Below are positions 40,204-53,958 of a stretch of DNA of 64,000 nucleotides, piece by piece; position 1 is the first letter of the stretch, and the number at the start of each line of letters is the position of its first letter. Position numbers and translations under genes: made by a program. Origin of the DNA: Kudoa neothunni (lineage: Eukaryota > Animalia > Cnidaria); assembly GCA_964304625.1 (NCBI GenBank), contig OZ199840.1:8643487-8707486 (forward strand), given 5' to 3'. The notes under the pieces are model-generated. The model ran no database searches. It saw nothing but the letters and a program-made list of their open reading frames with translations, and was not told the origin of the DNA.

Positions 40204-41140
40204 CAGCCGTGCCTCGATGTTGCGTTACTCGGTATCGCGTAGTTGTCCAATATCTCTTGAATTTTCTAACCACTTATAAATTTGATTACTTCAAAGTAAT
40301 AATTACATTATTATCTCGTAAAATATATGTGAGATTATTTAAGAATAAAAAAATTAATACGAAATTATTTATCATTGCGTGGTAATTTTTTACTTCGTAG
40401 CAATTATAGGGTCAGTTAAATCCCCTTTGAATCGATATTGCGCAATAAATTTGACCTTTTAAAATATAAAGAGGGATGTTGACTGAAAACTTAAGACTGT
40501 CAGTTATAAATCGATTAAATCGATGAAAGGTCCAAAAATGTATCGGGTCGAAATTTAGTTTTAGAAAAGAATAATTAAATGTTTTGATAATAAATATATT
40601 TTAAATATGAAGAGCATTCAACTCTCGATAGAATCCTATCGATGGAGGCGAATGCGTTAAAGCGGCGGAATTTCGAGCAAACGAAAACGTAAATTAAAAA
40701 GAGACCTCATTAGTGGTCTAATTTAACAACGGGTCATACGCCAACAACATTGCTGATGTGTTAAAAGGAAAAATTACTTATCGAAATGTCTACATCAAAA
40801 ATTTGGGGTGCCCTGCGTACTTTTAAGAAAAGTTTTATCAGCGAAAATCCAGAAGATCTATGTAGTTTACATCCCATTTTGGATTGAAAATCAACTACTC
40901 TAAAAGAAGGAAAAAAGCGACTAAAAACGGTGGAATATTTCTACAAGGGTTAAATATGAAATCGAAATAACTTATTCGCATTATATATATAAAAAGATTT
41001 ATGTTTATGAGCGAGTCAATAAATCGTCTTCGACATTTTTTGAGTGATGCAAACACACGCAACCCAATATTACTAACTAATTCTGTATTGCGTAGTAAGT
41101 TGGCAATACCAATTTATTACGTAATACGGAGGCACGACTG
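40204..41140. mobile_element. pogo/Tigger-type non-autonomous element
   Basis: TA-cagccgtgcctc ... gaggcacgactg-TA: TIRs with a TA TSD. Confidence 0.8.
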
Positions 41141-41269
41141 TATATTATATACTTAATTAAACGGAACTGTTGACAAAATTTCAAAATAAAAACACCTAAT
41201 TCAGCATATATAACACAGCAACACAAACTCAATTTTTATATAGGAACAATAATTCTAGATTAAACTGAT

Positions 41270-42705
41270 TCAACTAAAAGTCTCAGGATCACTAGCAAGA
41301 ATAGATTTTCCGATAAATATTGCCATATTTTTATCCAACCACTCATTCAAATCTTTATAAATCAACGAATATCGATACAAAACCTTGGAAGGCACACTAT
41401 CGGCTGATAGTTTTAACAGTTCTTGGAGTTTATATAGTAATCTAAGGAGATAAGTCGTGCCGAATATTCCACTGGGAAGAAAACTTTCACCATATTTCTC
41501 TTTCAGTATATCGTACAGTGGCACTTCCTCTTCATATAGCAAATATTGAAACAAATATTGGTTGAAGTACGAAACAAATGTTTCCAACCCATCACGAACA
41601 GTTTTGTAGGTTTCAATATCAATATATCTTTTAATAGGGAAATTAGAGCGTGAATTAGTTTTGCTTGATTCCTTTTTTGAAGAATGTTTAGACTTGGGCG
41701 TAGCAGACGGGGTTAAAGTATGAATTTTAATGTCTTCTTGTTCATAATTCTCCGACAAATTGAATCCCGTAAAATCTAAAAGTAATATAAATTACTAACT
41801 TAAATTATCTCACAAAAGATACTTTTGATTTTTCTTGATGGTCGTTTCCTACTGGATTTTAATGATAAAATTGATGGATGGTGGTGGTGTATTGACGCCA
41901 TTCTCATTAGAGTTTTGGTGGTAGGACCGAAAATTGGAGCATTACTGTTATTTTTCTGATTGGATTTTGTGTTGATTGCCATCTCATCAGTGTCATCGTG
42001 TATCAACGAGAGGTCGTTAGTAGATGATAACGCACCCGGGAGAGGTTCAAGTTCAGTCATCTTGTTCCTCATACTCGGCTCAACAAGCAAACCTATTTCA
42101 TCTAGATATCGTAGAAGTATATTGTGAACAGTTGTGGCATTATTGGATGCGAATTCATTGGTCACTTCATCCACAGTTGTCAAATTGATCAACGTTGTGG
42201 TGACGTAGGTTTTATCTTGTTGTAGTGCTCGATGTAATGAACGATCAAGTACAAAACTATGAATGCATCACTGAATTAGATCCGATCAACAAAAGACCAA
42301 TCCTACTTTTCTATTGGATCAAAATGAGTCAGTTTCTGTTGATCTACATTGGAAGTGATTAAGGAACTGGTTACACCGGGAACCGAAGATTTTGAAGATT
42401 TGTGTGACTTTCTACAGCAGAAAAAACTATAAAACCGAGTGTCCCGTTGGGGTCAATTACTTGGCACGATTGTCCACCGCGGATGACGTTGTCAACATAG
42501 TAGTATTTTCGGGATTAAATTTAACAAGACGAGACAACGGCACCCACTCGTCCCATTTTTTACTCCAACCTCGATAATGAATAAAATACAACGAATGACC
42601 ATTTTCGCTTGGAGCTATGTTCAAACATTTCGCCGGATACAACTTATCAAAATGATAACACAACACGGTGTCATTAATTTCACAAATTTGTTCTTCGTTT
42701 GTCAT
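41270..42705 (-). CDS. MORF4L1: MRG15/Eaf3-family chromo-barrel plus MRG domain protein (4 exons, ~429 aa)
   Basis: Chromo barrel LCYHFDKLYPAKC...YFIHYRGWSKKWDEWVP. MRG motifs YFNQYLFQYLLYEEE and PSGIFGTTYLLRLLYKL. Introns at 42412-42460, 42257-42306 and 41776-41822 give a 1290-nt open CDS. Confidence 0.88.
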
Positions 42706-45387
42706 CTGTTACAAACCTCCAGTTCAATCCTAATATATCTGTTTACCCTGATGTCAAGGTTGTATGTAATTGAGAGAGATTTAGAAAGAAAAAGGCCCTA
42801 GACGCTTAAGTGTCACTTTCGGTGACGACCGACTCACATCGTTAAAAACAATTTAAAACATGCAATGGTTTATTTACATAACAAAAGATTACATTGGAAC
42901 ATTAACACTAGATTTATGAGAAACTAACTTGTTTATAAAATACAATTTTAAACATAATAAGCGAGTATTTTCAAAAATTTTAGTTCATTCATTTATTTGA
43001 TTATAATTTTGATGGGAAATTTCGGTGTGAACCTCCGAAGGATACAATAGAAGCTTCACAGTGTGTGAAATACCGTCGAAAATCGGCTTAATACTTTTCC
43101 GCTAAATTTGATTACTTTAATGGTGGGAAAATTGCGATTGGATTTAAATTATTATATATCATTGGTCGTGATCATTGTTAGGATAAATATTACTTTTGCG
43201 ATATCAAAAAAATTTAAAATATTAAGAAAATCAGACTTATCGTATGTATAAATTTCCTATTTAATTCTTAATTGTGCCCGATAATTGTCGTTCTGTGTCG
43301 GGTTTTAGTTTGGAACTTTTTCTGTTAACTTTTTCAGTTGCTAAAATATTCCCTGAAATTTTTAATTTAATAATTGTATTAAATTTAATCAGTAGCTAGG
43401 CTAGAATCTATACAATTAATATGTATGGATGGCAACAACAAAATTCCTGTTTTATTCGGAATATTTCTATTAATAATTAAAAAATTATAATTATTTTTAA
43501 CATGGATTTTTCAAATTAGATTATTCTGAAATCCACCCAATATTAGACTCAAATAGTTTTCAAACCTTAGATATACCATCATTTTTATCCGCGGGAATTT
43601 CAAACCAAACGTTTCGTACGGTATTATTGCGGTAAACGGGGTATAAAAAATAGTGTTGAGGTTTAAATTGTTCATTAATGAATTTTTATACATTTTTATC
43701 AAAATGTTAGTTTTCATTGAGGATCACATTCTTTATAAAAAAAATAACTTTCAACCATAGATTTTGAAGATATGCGAATTTTCCATTGACATATTGGAAC
43801 GATTTTTTTGATTTAAAATGCATTTTCAAAATAACTTTATTAGTGGAATGCAATCGGATTAATTGAAGACTTAAATAAACTCATGAAATAAATGGATAAT
43901 TAAATAGCAGGAGTTTAATATATCAAGGATAAATTCAAATTATTTGGAGATTTTATTTAATTAATTTTTCAAAACCATTTTTTCTCTAACCATTAAATTA
44001 TAACGTTTGAATAATAGTTGTTATATTTATTGTGTATTAAATGATTGTCTAAAAGAACCGGTAACATATGAGATAGTTATAACGTTAAAAATCGCTATAA
44101 TTCTAATATTATGTTAACAATTAGTTTTAAAAATTTGTGAAAAATACAATTTAATTCTAATGACACTAAAAACAAGAAAAGAAGGAATGATTTTTTAAAT
44201 ATATCGTAAAAATATTGTATTTTTGCGATATTTCACTGACTATCAAATAAGATATAATTTGAACTTAATTACTCAAAGATTTTATCAGGGTATAAGAATA
44301 AAAACTTGGCCTCTGACAGCTATTTTTAAATCATAATTGAATCTCTGCGTGCGCGTTGTCCATTTATAATCCCTGTGATTCCTATTCGTAGATGATCTAC
44401 AAAGTTTCTTTTTTAGAATATAATTTATTTAATTATTTTTGGCTCTTCGCCGACCCCCATAGGGCCCAATAATAACTAAATACAGTCAAAATTACACATA
44501 GCTGGAAATTTAATCCGTGCTAGCAGATACTCCCTAAAAGTTACTGTGTACTTTCGAAAATAAAATACTATGCGCTTTTTGAGTCATAAGTATTATTAAA
44601 TAAACAATAATTTAAACGTGTGCTTTATAGATTATTTACAAGATCAAATAAACACAATTTAGGACCTATTTTCGACAAAACGCGAGACGAGAACCTCTCT
44701 TTTAGCGGTTCGCAACCTAAAATTAATTTCGCACTCATATTTATGTTAAAGAGCACGTCATATTTATTGCTGAGGCTCTCAAAAATATATGTAAAAATAT
44801 ATAATATGTAAAAATAATTTATTAGTAATAAAACCATTTTCAAAAAATTTTACTATAAATATCATTATATATAATAAATTTTGCTATAAATTATTAAATA
44901 ACTTTAAAAAAATATATAATATTTTTAATCTCTTCCTATTCAAATAAACTACATTCTTGTTCTTATTTTAGGTTTTAAATTTCAAAAACGAAATGAAAAG
45001 AATGTTTGTGAGTAATTAATATAAATAATTGAAACGATTAATTTTAAACTAAAATCTACATATTAATTAAGTGATAGAGCACAATATAAATTTTAAAATA
45101 TAGTAAATAGTGAATCATGAACGACAATCTAAACCTCAATTCAGAAGCCTCCTTCTTAATAAATTTTCGATCGAACAGCATTCCGAAAAAATTCGTCACT
45201 GTTAGCATTAATACGAAAATAAGATGGTGAATTTGCTTTTAGATACAGTTCAAAAATTTTTCAGTCAAAACAAAAAGTCTCAAAAAACGGATAAAAATAA
45301 AATTGTATAAATAAACAATATTAGTAGAATTAACAGAAACCGTTCGGGGGGAACCACTATCGGGGTTATTAACAAAGGGATAAAACG

Positions 45388-47363
45388 TCACTTCGGTTGT
45401 TTGTTGATTGTTTGAAAGTTTTTGATTTGGTTGGAATTGGGATAAATATTTGGTTGGATTACGATCTGATTAGGTTTGAGTCATAAAATTAGCTTCACGG
45501 TAATTATTAGGAGCTAAATTGGTGGAAGAGAACGAATTTTGAGGAATATTAACAGGATGGGGAAAATTCGCATTTAATTTGCTGGGAGTTCTTTCATACG
45601 ATTTGAGATCAATAGGAGGAACAAAACGAGAAGATTGGAAAGGTTGTTTAATTGGTTGATTTTTTCGTTTGGGCTGAACACGCCTGAAGATGAGGCAACA
45701 CCAATTTCAGTACTAAGCACGCCCACATTGACACTGAATGGGCGAGAATTATTGTTTGGTAGTAAACCGCTAGGAAATTGGGTTTGACAAATGGTCTGAT
45801 TATTGTTGATCCTGTTTGGAATAATAGTTGAACCAGCTATATTTATACCAGAAGTTTTGAGGTTTAATATGAGGATTTGGTTTATTCTTATCGTCTGATT
45901 GTTTGTACGTAGTTTTGGGTGTATTGATTTGTCTCGGTTCGTTAGCTGTGCTCATTGGAACAGGTGCTACTTTTGGTGGCTCAATTTGTTTGTTACGTGT
46001 TTGTAAATTGGGAGTAATCTCTGTGGTTTTTTCTTTTAGTGAATAAATTCAGTGATTGAGGTACTGACATGTTGGTGGAATTATCTGGAACGGAAGACCG
46101 AGACTTTGGTTCGCTTGATGAAGGTTTAGGACACAAAGGTATTGTTATATCAACCATATTTTGATGTTTTTTCACAGAAAACATTTCGATTTTTCTTCAG
46201 TTTTTTACCAATGACGATATTCCCCACATACCTCATTATTGGTTTTGACTCTAAATCTGCAAAAGTTAAAAAGAACTTGTTTTTTGTTCAATTTCATATC
46301 TAAAAATACACGAATTAATCTCAATCAATAATAACAACACAAATACGTTGAAGACAATGAATCATTCCCACAACTGCTTTATTAGTACATTTGAAGGGTT
46401 TGCCATTTGAACTATTGGCGGCAGAAATTTTGGCGGTACATTGACTTTTTTTTATTTCCTCCGCTATCGATAAAATCAATTAAATATGCACATGGAGTTA
46501 CAAATCATGTAAACATACGCATATATGCCATAGTTGTAAGCCGAGTGAATCTCTTCTTTAATGGATTTCATTTGTTTTATTATTTTTTCAATATTTTTCG
46601 AACAATAAACTTAGATTCTTTTTAAACTTGATATTTCGATAATAATATGAATTAATGGATTGCTGTAATATGTCGTTATAGTTATTTTCAAAATTTTCCT
46701 CCGCTCTATAATATGAAATGGAATAGAATCGAATATTACATATTAAAAATATTTACTTTTCGTCATTGAAAACGCTACGATACAATAACTCCATCGAATT
46801 TTCGCCGTAACGGTAGTTGTTAGCGTCCGATTCTAAAGGAGTTGGTCATAAATCATCAACTACAACTAGGAGCAAATACTTTTTCACAAATTGAAAAAGA
46901 ACTCGTGGATCTAATTTATCATTAGAATACATTAGACGGCATTTTTTAGGAATCGGTTTGATGCTGTTGTTTAGCACTGTTTTAGGGGTGAAACGTTTGG
47001 TTTTCTTTCTCTCTTTTAACCCCAAGTCGCACTGATGCTTGTTGCAATAGCTATCAGTGCATTAATCAATCGAAAAATCGCCAAATCTCAAAATCCATAC
47101 GGTTGAACACTGTTTATCTCAACAGCTGCAGAACAGGGATGAGATTTGTTTTTTATTCGAAACAACAAAAGTGCATTGTTTAAACGGAGCATTTTTATCG
47201 CATAAAATATGCCTAAAACAATAAGCGTAGCTCTTGTGACATCGTTGTTGGCATTTTTTTCTCCTCGAATTGGCACAGATGGGTGGGGTTCCTCTGCTTT
47301 AGGGGGTGGAGCAGCTGTGGCAGACTTATCTCCATCTTCCAACTTTGTAGGTTCTATCGACAT
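45388..47363 (-). pseudogene. INO80D: INO80D-like (zf-C3Hc3H; KANSL2-related) gene, multiply frameshifted in this sequence
   Basis: Frame-corrected N-terminal finger PICANSRRKKCQQRCHKSYAYCFRHILCDKNAPFKQC...C...PYCNKH (~47270-47040). Second finger CTAK...CTNKAVVGMIHCLQHMKLNKKQVLFNFC...VCG...FCEKH (~46445-46165). Short GT-AG introns are retained, with a long P/N/Q/S-rich tail. The 3' end is approximate. Confidence 0.75.
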
Positions 47364-48999
47364 ACCTTACGAATCGACTGCAATGTTTAATTGACGCTCT
47401 GTAGACTAGAAGCATTGGGAAAAAACACATTAACCTACATCAACAGAAATCCTTAAATTACTACAAATATTCAAAGTTATTTTTGTTGTAATATATTAAT
47501 CTTTTCAACTGCACATCAAAAACTAACTGTTGTCAGTGTCCTAGTTAGCTTGATTTGGTGAGCGATAAGCGAAGGATCTCGAAAGCCACTTTGTGGTGTC
47601 AAATATAAGCAATCCTAACCTTGAGGTTCATGGCTCACATTCACCCAATTATAACACTCGATTTAAACTCGAAACCAATTTTTATTGTAAAGGAAATCCA
47701 ATAACACAAATATCAACTATTCATTGACTAGTATAGGTGGAATTAAATGAATGCAACGGTGAGTGCTAAGTGCAACTGATGAACTCAGCCGGTGACCAGC
47801 TAAGATTAAACGAATCATAATGAGAATTAGTATTAAGTCGTTTTAATATTTGGATATGCCGATATCACTTTTTACAACTGTTCTGCGAAATCCGATCACT
47901 ATATAACACTGCTTAAAATTCTAATCATCTAATTATACAATCAAATTTGAGTTCTCAATAGTTAGATACATCCATAAATAATACCCGACAATTAATCCGA
48001 AGCTTTATAATCAACCGACAAGTGGTACAATTGAATTGAGAGACGTGCGCATGTTTTAACGCATACTTTTTTGCTCTTCTGAATTTATTTTCTTAATGAG
48101 AATATTTTATTTATTTTTGTCATATGAATTTTCATTTTAAGTAGTAGAGTAGAAATATATTTTATTTGAAATTATATAGCGTTGTTTTTTTTATTTTTTA
48201 ACCAGCAGAGACCATTGGCACGGTAAAAATTTAATCCTGAACGACATGTCCGCTTGCGCAATGAGAATTTTTAATATTAGCAACTCTAACTTACAAGCTG
48301 GTTACAGATTGAATTTTTTGGAATCTGCTATACTTAATTCTTTTCGGCACATTGTTTCCGCTCTTGAGGGGCAAAATGGATTAAATATAGTCAAAACTAG
48401 TGTCACCTGAATATTATTTTACCGTGCTAATAGCCACTTCCTTTTTAATTATCTCTAAATAATGACAGTTACATAGTTTCAAAGTTTTAAATCTTTTACT
48501 TTTTTTTTTCTTTAGAATAATTATTATTCGCAATATATCTCATCTAACAGTGGACTATAATCAACTTCACATATTAAAAAAAATATAGAGCAAGTTTAAT
48601 TGTTTTTTAAATCTATGAAAATTATAAAATTTCATATATTTTCGTTTTAAATTAGTATAAAAAAATTTAATCTCATGTAATCTCATGTAATTTCATTTAA
48701 TCTCATTTTTTGGAAATTTGGTAATTCTACTCGAAATGAAAATAAGATAATATTTTGGGTGAATAGGCGAGATTATAGCTCTTAAAAAGATTTTTCGGAT
48801 TAACCATCTTATGACTTTGGGTGGATTTTACATGAAAAAAGTTTGTGACAATATTTTGATCAAGGGTGTGTAGGTGGTTTTTATTTGAAAATTTTAATTA
48901 TATGAGTTGTTGGTGTGTCAAAAGATATTATAATCTAAAACGCTTTAATATATGGATTAAATTTTTTTTGAGATAGAATGTGCATAATGTGCATTAGAA

Positions 49000-50520
49000 T
49001 TAAATTGTTTATGGATTTACCATATTTAGAGTTTATAAGACAAATATAAGAGAATGCTGTTCCAACGCTTCAAAAAAAGTGTTAAATATTTTTAGAGGCA
49101 TGCCGAAAACTTGTCGAACAATGCGCACTATATACATAAATATTGAAACGACTCTAGTTGAATTTTTTGGTGTTAGCGCATGCACAAAAGCCAGAGAAGA
49201 TTAATTCAAATGAACCGATTTACATACTTCTAAAAACCATTAAAAATAGAAGAAATTTTTTACAACAAATATATTCGAGTTAAAAGATTATTCTAACAAC
49301 GAAAATATATTTTGGAGATGTCAGATGGGGGAATGCAAAGAAAGATTGAAAACATTCCCAATAAATGAAGTAAAAGAGATTGAGGAGAGGGAACACATAA
49401 TCACGTGCTATCTGACAACGAGATTAAAAAAGCTCACCCTCTTTAACTCAATTGAAAAATTAGCTGAGATCACTAAATACCCAACAAATAAAATATACTC
49501 AATGGCTACGAACCATGTTAATTTATGTGACCTTCCAATTGTTCCAAAAAATCAATATACAAAAACATACAGAATTCTAGGAAAAGAAATGTAATTGAAG
49601 TTAACTATGAATCAAATCAGAGTCTAATGAGAATTTAATAGTGTATGATTCGGGTTGAAAAGATCTTAATCGAATTATTGTATTATATACACCAAAAAAT
49701 CTAATTCATTTAAGTAATCGATGTGTTTTGATGTCTGACGGAACTTTTAAGGTACTCCCAAAAGAGTTTTCACAGTTGTATGTAATTCACGGGAAAATAT
49801 TTGGGAAAGATTGTCCAGTAGTGTGTATATTAATGAGGAAACGTATTGAGGCCATGTATAGTCAAGTTTTATCGATTCTTAATGAGAATAATGTTGTTTT
49901 CCCGGAATACTTGGTGATATACTTTGAAATCCAGTCGTTTAATGCGTATAAAATCATCAGGAAAAATTTCCATTAGGTTTTGTTTAATTCATTACGGCGA
50001 ATGTATTTGGAGACGAATTCAAAAGGTAGGATTCGCAAATATTTGTTCTGAGGATGTTTACTTTATGATGTATATTAAATGTTTTCTTTCATTAGCATTT
50101 GTTCCCTGTACATGGTGAATTTAAAAAATTTAAAAATAAGGCAAGTCAATTCTCTGATGTTAATTTGGATTCATTCATTAACTATTTTGAGAACAATTTC
50201 GTTAAATCACTAAAATATCCCTTAGAAAATTGGAATGCTTATGATCGTATCAGGGACAGGATTAATTTAACTGCCAATTTAGCTCAAGCATTTAATTGCC
50301 ATTTTCATAAAAGATTTGATCAATCTCATGCTGGGTTGCATTCATTTATTGAGAGATTAAACGAAACCCAAAGCAACGCCGAACAAGAAATTTAGTTCCG
50401 TATGTGCAATCCTAACATGGTCTCTTCAGAAAAGATCAAATTGAGAAGATGGAGAAACTGAAAGATACTACGAAATTTATTATTTATAAGTGATCGCCGC
50501 AACATATAATTGGACTTTAG
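49000..50520 (+). pseudogene. Degenerate MULE (Mutator) transposase
   Basis: SDGTFKVLPKEFSQLYVIHG, PVVCILM, CLIHYGECIWRRIQKVG, LAFVP, FINYFENNF and WN motifs spread over shifted frames. The expected DFE and TNN..E catalytic positions read YFE and TANLAQ. Confidence 0.85.
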
Positions 50521-51045
50521 AATAACTAATATACTATTACTATATTTTGTTTAATGATTTGTTTGATTTATTTTGTCTACAATATAGATGTTCACAAATG
50601 CTTTAAATATAAGACCAATTATAGAGTTAAATTTAGCGCGCGAATCCTGATTTTTAGAACTTAATAAATCATAATTTCGTGTATTATTAAAACCATTAAG
50701 GTTTATAAAATAGAATATTGTTATAACAAAATTATTTTATAATTGATAATTTTTGCGTCTGATTTTCGTTGTTGAGAATATTTGTCAAGAACAAATAGTA
50801 ATTATAAATTATTGAAATAAGTTTACATTAATTATTACGAATTTATCTAATTTAATATAATTTAATTTTGTGTTGAATTTTGGATAAAAGCAATTTTATG
50901 TCGAGTTTAAAATCAGATGGATTAAACTATTCTAATGCCGTTTAATTGATTCAAAAATAAATATATAAATTATTGTAAGAAAATATAAATAATAATTAAA
51001 CAATATATTTAATCAAAGTATTAATAAATAAAAAGAATGTTTGGG

Positions 51046-53958
51046 CTAGTCATTTTTCTTTTTTCCGATGAAAAATGCGATTCCTCCTATCAAAAGTATC
51101 ACTCCAGCAACCGCTGATACAATAATTCTAATTATAAATTAAACAACTCAAATAACAATAATTAATACATCATTTTCATGTTTGACCTAAAATATTGTTA
51201 GATTGTTATATATAATAATTTAGTAGTAAAATTACTTTGCACTACTTTTTTCACCTAAAAAAATAATAATAAAAAAATAATTGTTAATTTATTTAATACC
51301 TTGATTTATTGCAGCAGTTCCGTAATATGTCGGATCAGACTCCAAGTATACGATTAAATGATAATTGTTTGATTCTGGCAAGTTATCAATGGTGAAACTT
51401 GCACATTTTGGAAACTTGGTGCATTTAGAATTCCGCGTCATGCATGATCTCACAATTAATTGTGATTTTGCACTAGTATTTTTTAGTTCCCATTTACATT
51501 TTGACTTTTCGTTCACTTTTGTCGAATGATGAGTTTCCACTGTGAATGTAGTTCCATCTCGTGTTATTGAAACGTCTAATACTTTATTGGTGTCTGTTGG
51601 ATTTTCTTTAGGTTTATCTAATCGTTGATTAATATGGATAAATTTGAAATTAAAATTTTTACTTGAAGGGATATCAATTGTTTGTTGTGTAGATTTTCCT
51701 CTAGCAGTCACCAAAACTCTGTATTCATGGTTTGGATCGTAGTCGGTGTTGAATACAATAGATTTGCATGATGGCATATTTTGACATGTCTTTGAAGTGA
51801 TATCATTAGTTTGAGCAGTATTTGCTGTTGTTGTGTCTCCTGCTCTGGCTATTTTTAGTGTATCAAATCTTGACTTAATTAGAGAATTTTGAGAAGGCTG
51901 TGAAACTGTTGAGGAAGGATCGGAAGTTGATGAGGCAGGTGGATTAGTCGGGACTGGGGCAGGGCACACAAATATCGACTCATAATCATCACCCTTCTTA
52001 ATTCTTACATCGTACTCACACAGGGCTGGAGTTTTTGTCGATAATTGTGCATTTAATTCGAATCCTTCCATATTAAATCTATGGGTAATTGATAATGTAG
52101 CCAGTTCTAATAAAATTTCATGTAACAAAAATAAAACAAAATTAGTTTACTAGTTTCAACTGCCTTGTAAATGTGTTCTGCATAGCCCTTATGAGCAACT
52201 ACCTTGATGTCATATTGAACACCAGGTTCTAGACCGACGATTTTTTTAGTATCCTTACAAAAGCCCCTACATGGATTGCTGTCTTCGCATGACGCAGGAT
52301 AGAAACTATCTTTTCCTGTCAAACTTATATGATATTCACATGTTGGTTCTGTTTCTTTTGCATTGCCTACCGTACCATCAACAGCTTTAAGGAAGGCATC
52401 AGATGCTGTTGTTGTTGGAGTTGTAGCCAAGTAAGTGTTTTGAGCGCCATTTTCTTAATAAATATTAATATTGTCTGAAACATTAAATATATTTACTTGT
52501 TCTATAGAATATTTTTTCTTTAAAATCTGCTGGGTTTGTGATTCCGGTTGCAGTTACTTCAATAATATATGCCCTACCAGGTTCTAAGCTTGTGACCACC
52601 AATTTGAAACCAATAGTTTTACAATTCCCTCTAGCAGAATTTGATGTACTACTACCAGAATCACAAGTAGTAGTAGTCGATGCAGTTGGTTCAATACTGT
52701 CAGCGGCATAGTGAGTGAGAGTAGGGGTTCCTTCAGAGACTTTTAAAAGTTCTGAATTAAATGTAACACCAACATCTGTGTAAGCTGATAATAGTCCTTC
52801 TTCTGATTCAGCGATAGCTACAAAAATTTAGCGGAATTCACCTCCTTCGTTACACAAATACCATATTTATTTTGGGTATAGCCGTCGTAAGTTTTTTCAG
52901 CCTTTTCTGTTAAGATATGATGCCTTGTTTGGATTACAACGCTGTAGACCGATTTAGCTGCAGATACGGTCAAAGTGACATTTTTACAGGGGGCATAACA
53001 TTCACCTTCACTGTTACCACATTTTGATTCATACGCCTCAGTGGTTGCAGTGTTTGCAGCGTCTTTAACACGAAACACACAGATCTCGTGAGATGGGTTA
53101 TTAGTAAATTTTAACGTGATTTTTTTATCATCAGAATTTTTTGTGACATAAAACTGTGGCTTGTAAATTTCAATGGTGCTTTTAATGTATTCATTAGGCA
53201 TGTTATAAAAAAAACTTGGATAATTTTGACATCTCATTTCGTAATGAGGAATTAGAAGATCGAAATCAACTGTATTAGCATCGTTTTCAGTGACACAGTT
53301 ATTAGCTTGCGTTCCATCGTTATATTTCATATCCTTATAGTGGATTGGACAGGCCACTGGTGTGCATGTTTTTGCACCCAATTTGAGCTTTTTTGAGCTG
53401 TCTAACGAAATAGCAAATTTCGGATTAACAAGCAATGCTAAAGTTAGTGTAGTTATTTGTTTTATTAATAATAAGTTACGTGTTGAAACCCCAAATATTT
53501 TTCCTCCTTTTAGTTCGCTCGCTTCTTTTTCGGCTCCGTCCTTGGTCCCAGAAAATATGTAAACGTACCGGCTTCTTGGAGACAGCTTGTCAAATTCGAA
53601 CTTTAAATCGTTTCCAGCACAAGCTCTAACACATTTATCGTTGGCAACACCAGGCGGTTCTCCAGTAGTGCAACAACTAATTTCATTTAAAGTGAGTGCA
53701 TCGCTCGCTTTAATAGAATTCCTGATGCGACACATCTTATTGGCGGCAGTATAAATACTCCCACTTAAAACAAGTTGGAGTTTGAATGGATTATCACTCG
53801 TATCTTTCACAATCTGATAATTCACTATTTCCGTTGGAATGGTAGGAACATTTTCATTGGAGAAGGTTTGGTCGATGAAAACTATAAAAAACAATATGGA
53901 AAACATAAAAAAATCTAAAATTACTTAACGTGGAAATAATATGAAAAACAAGCGACAT
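51046..53958 (-). CDS. Cys-rich FN3-like type I membrane protein, paralogue R-B (10 exons)
   Basis: ATG 53958 (MSLVFHIISTL/IFIDQTFS; intron 53882-53924). Same exon structure as R-A, with motif IVGLEPGVQYDIKVVA and micro-exons at 51236-51254 and 51169-51186. Ends with TM IIIVSAVAGVILLIGGIAFFIG then KKKND*. Confidence 0.88.

Noticed and set aside
19050-47300. Programmed frameshifting or RNA editing as the explanation for the indels
   Set aside because: Intact paralogues lack the indels, and these sit mostly in base runs, so sequencing error or decay is simpler.
47088-47363. 91-aa ORF with an apparent TM segment (TLIVLGIFYAIKML)
   Set aside because: The hydrophobic stretch is the wrong frame of the INO80D-like zinc finger (YAYCFRHILCDKNAPFKQC).
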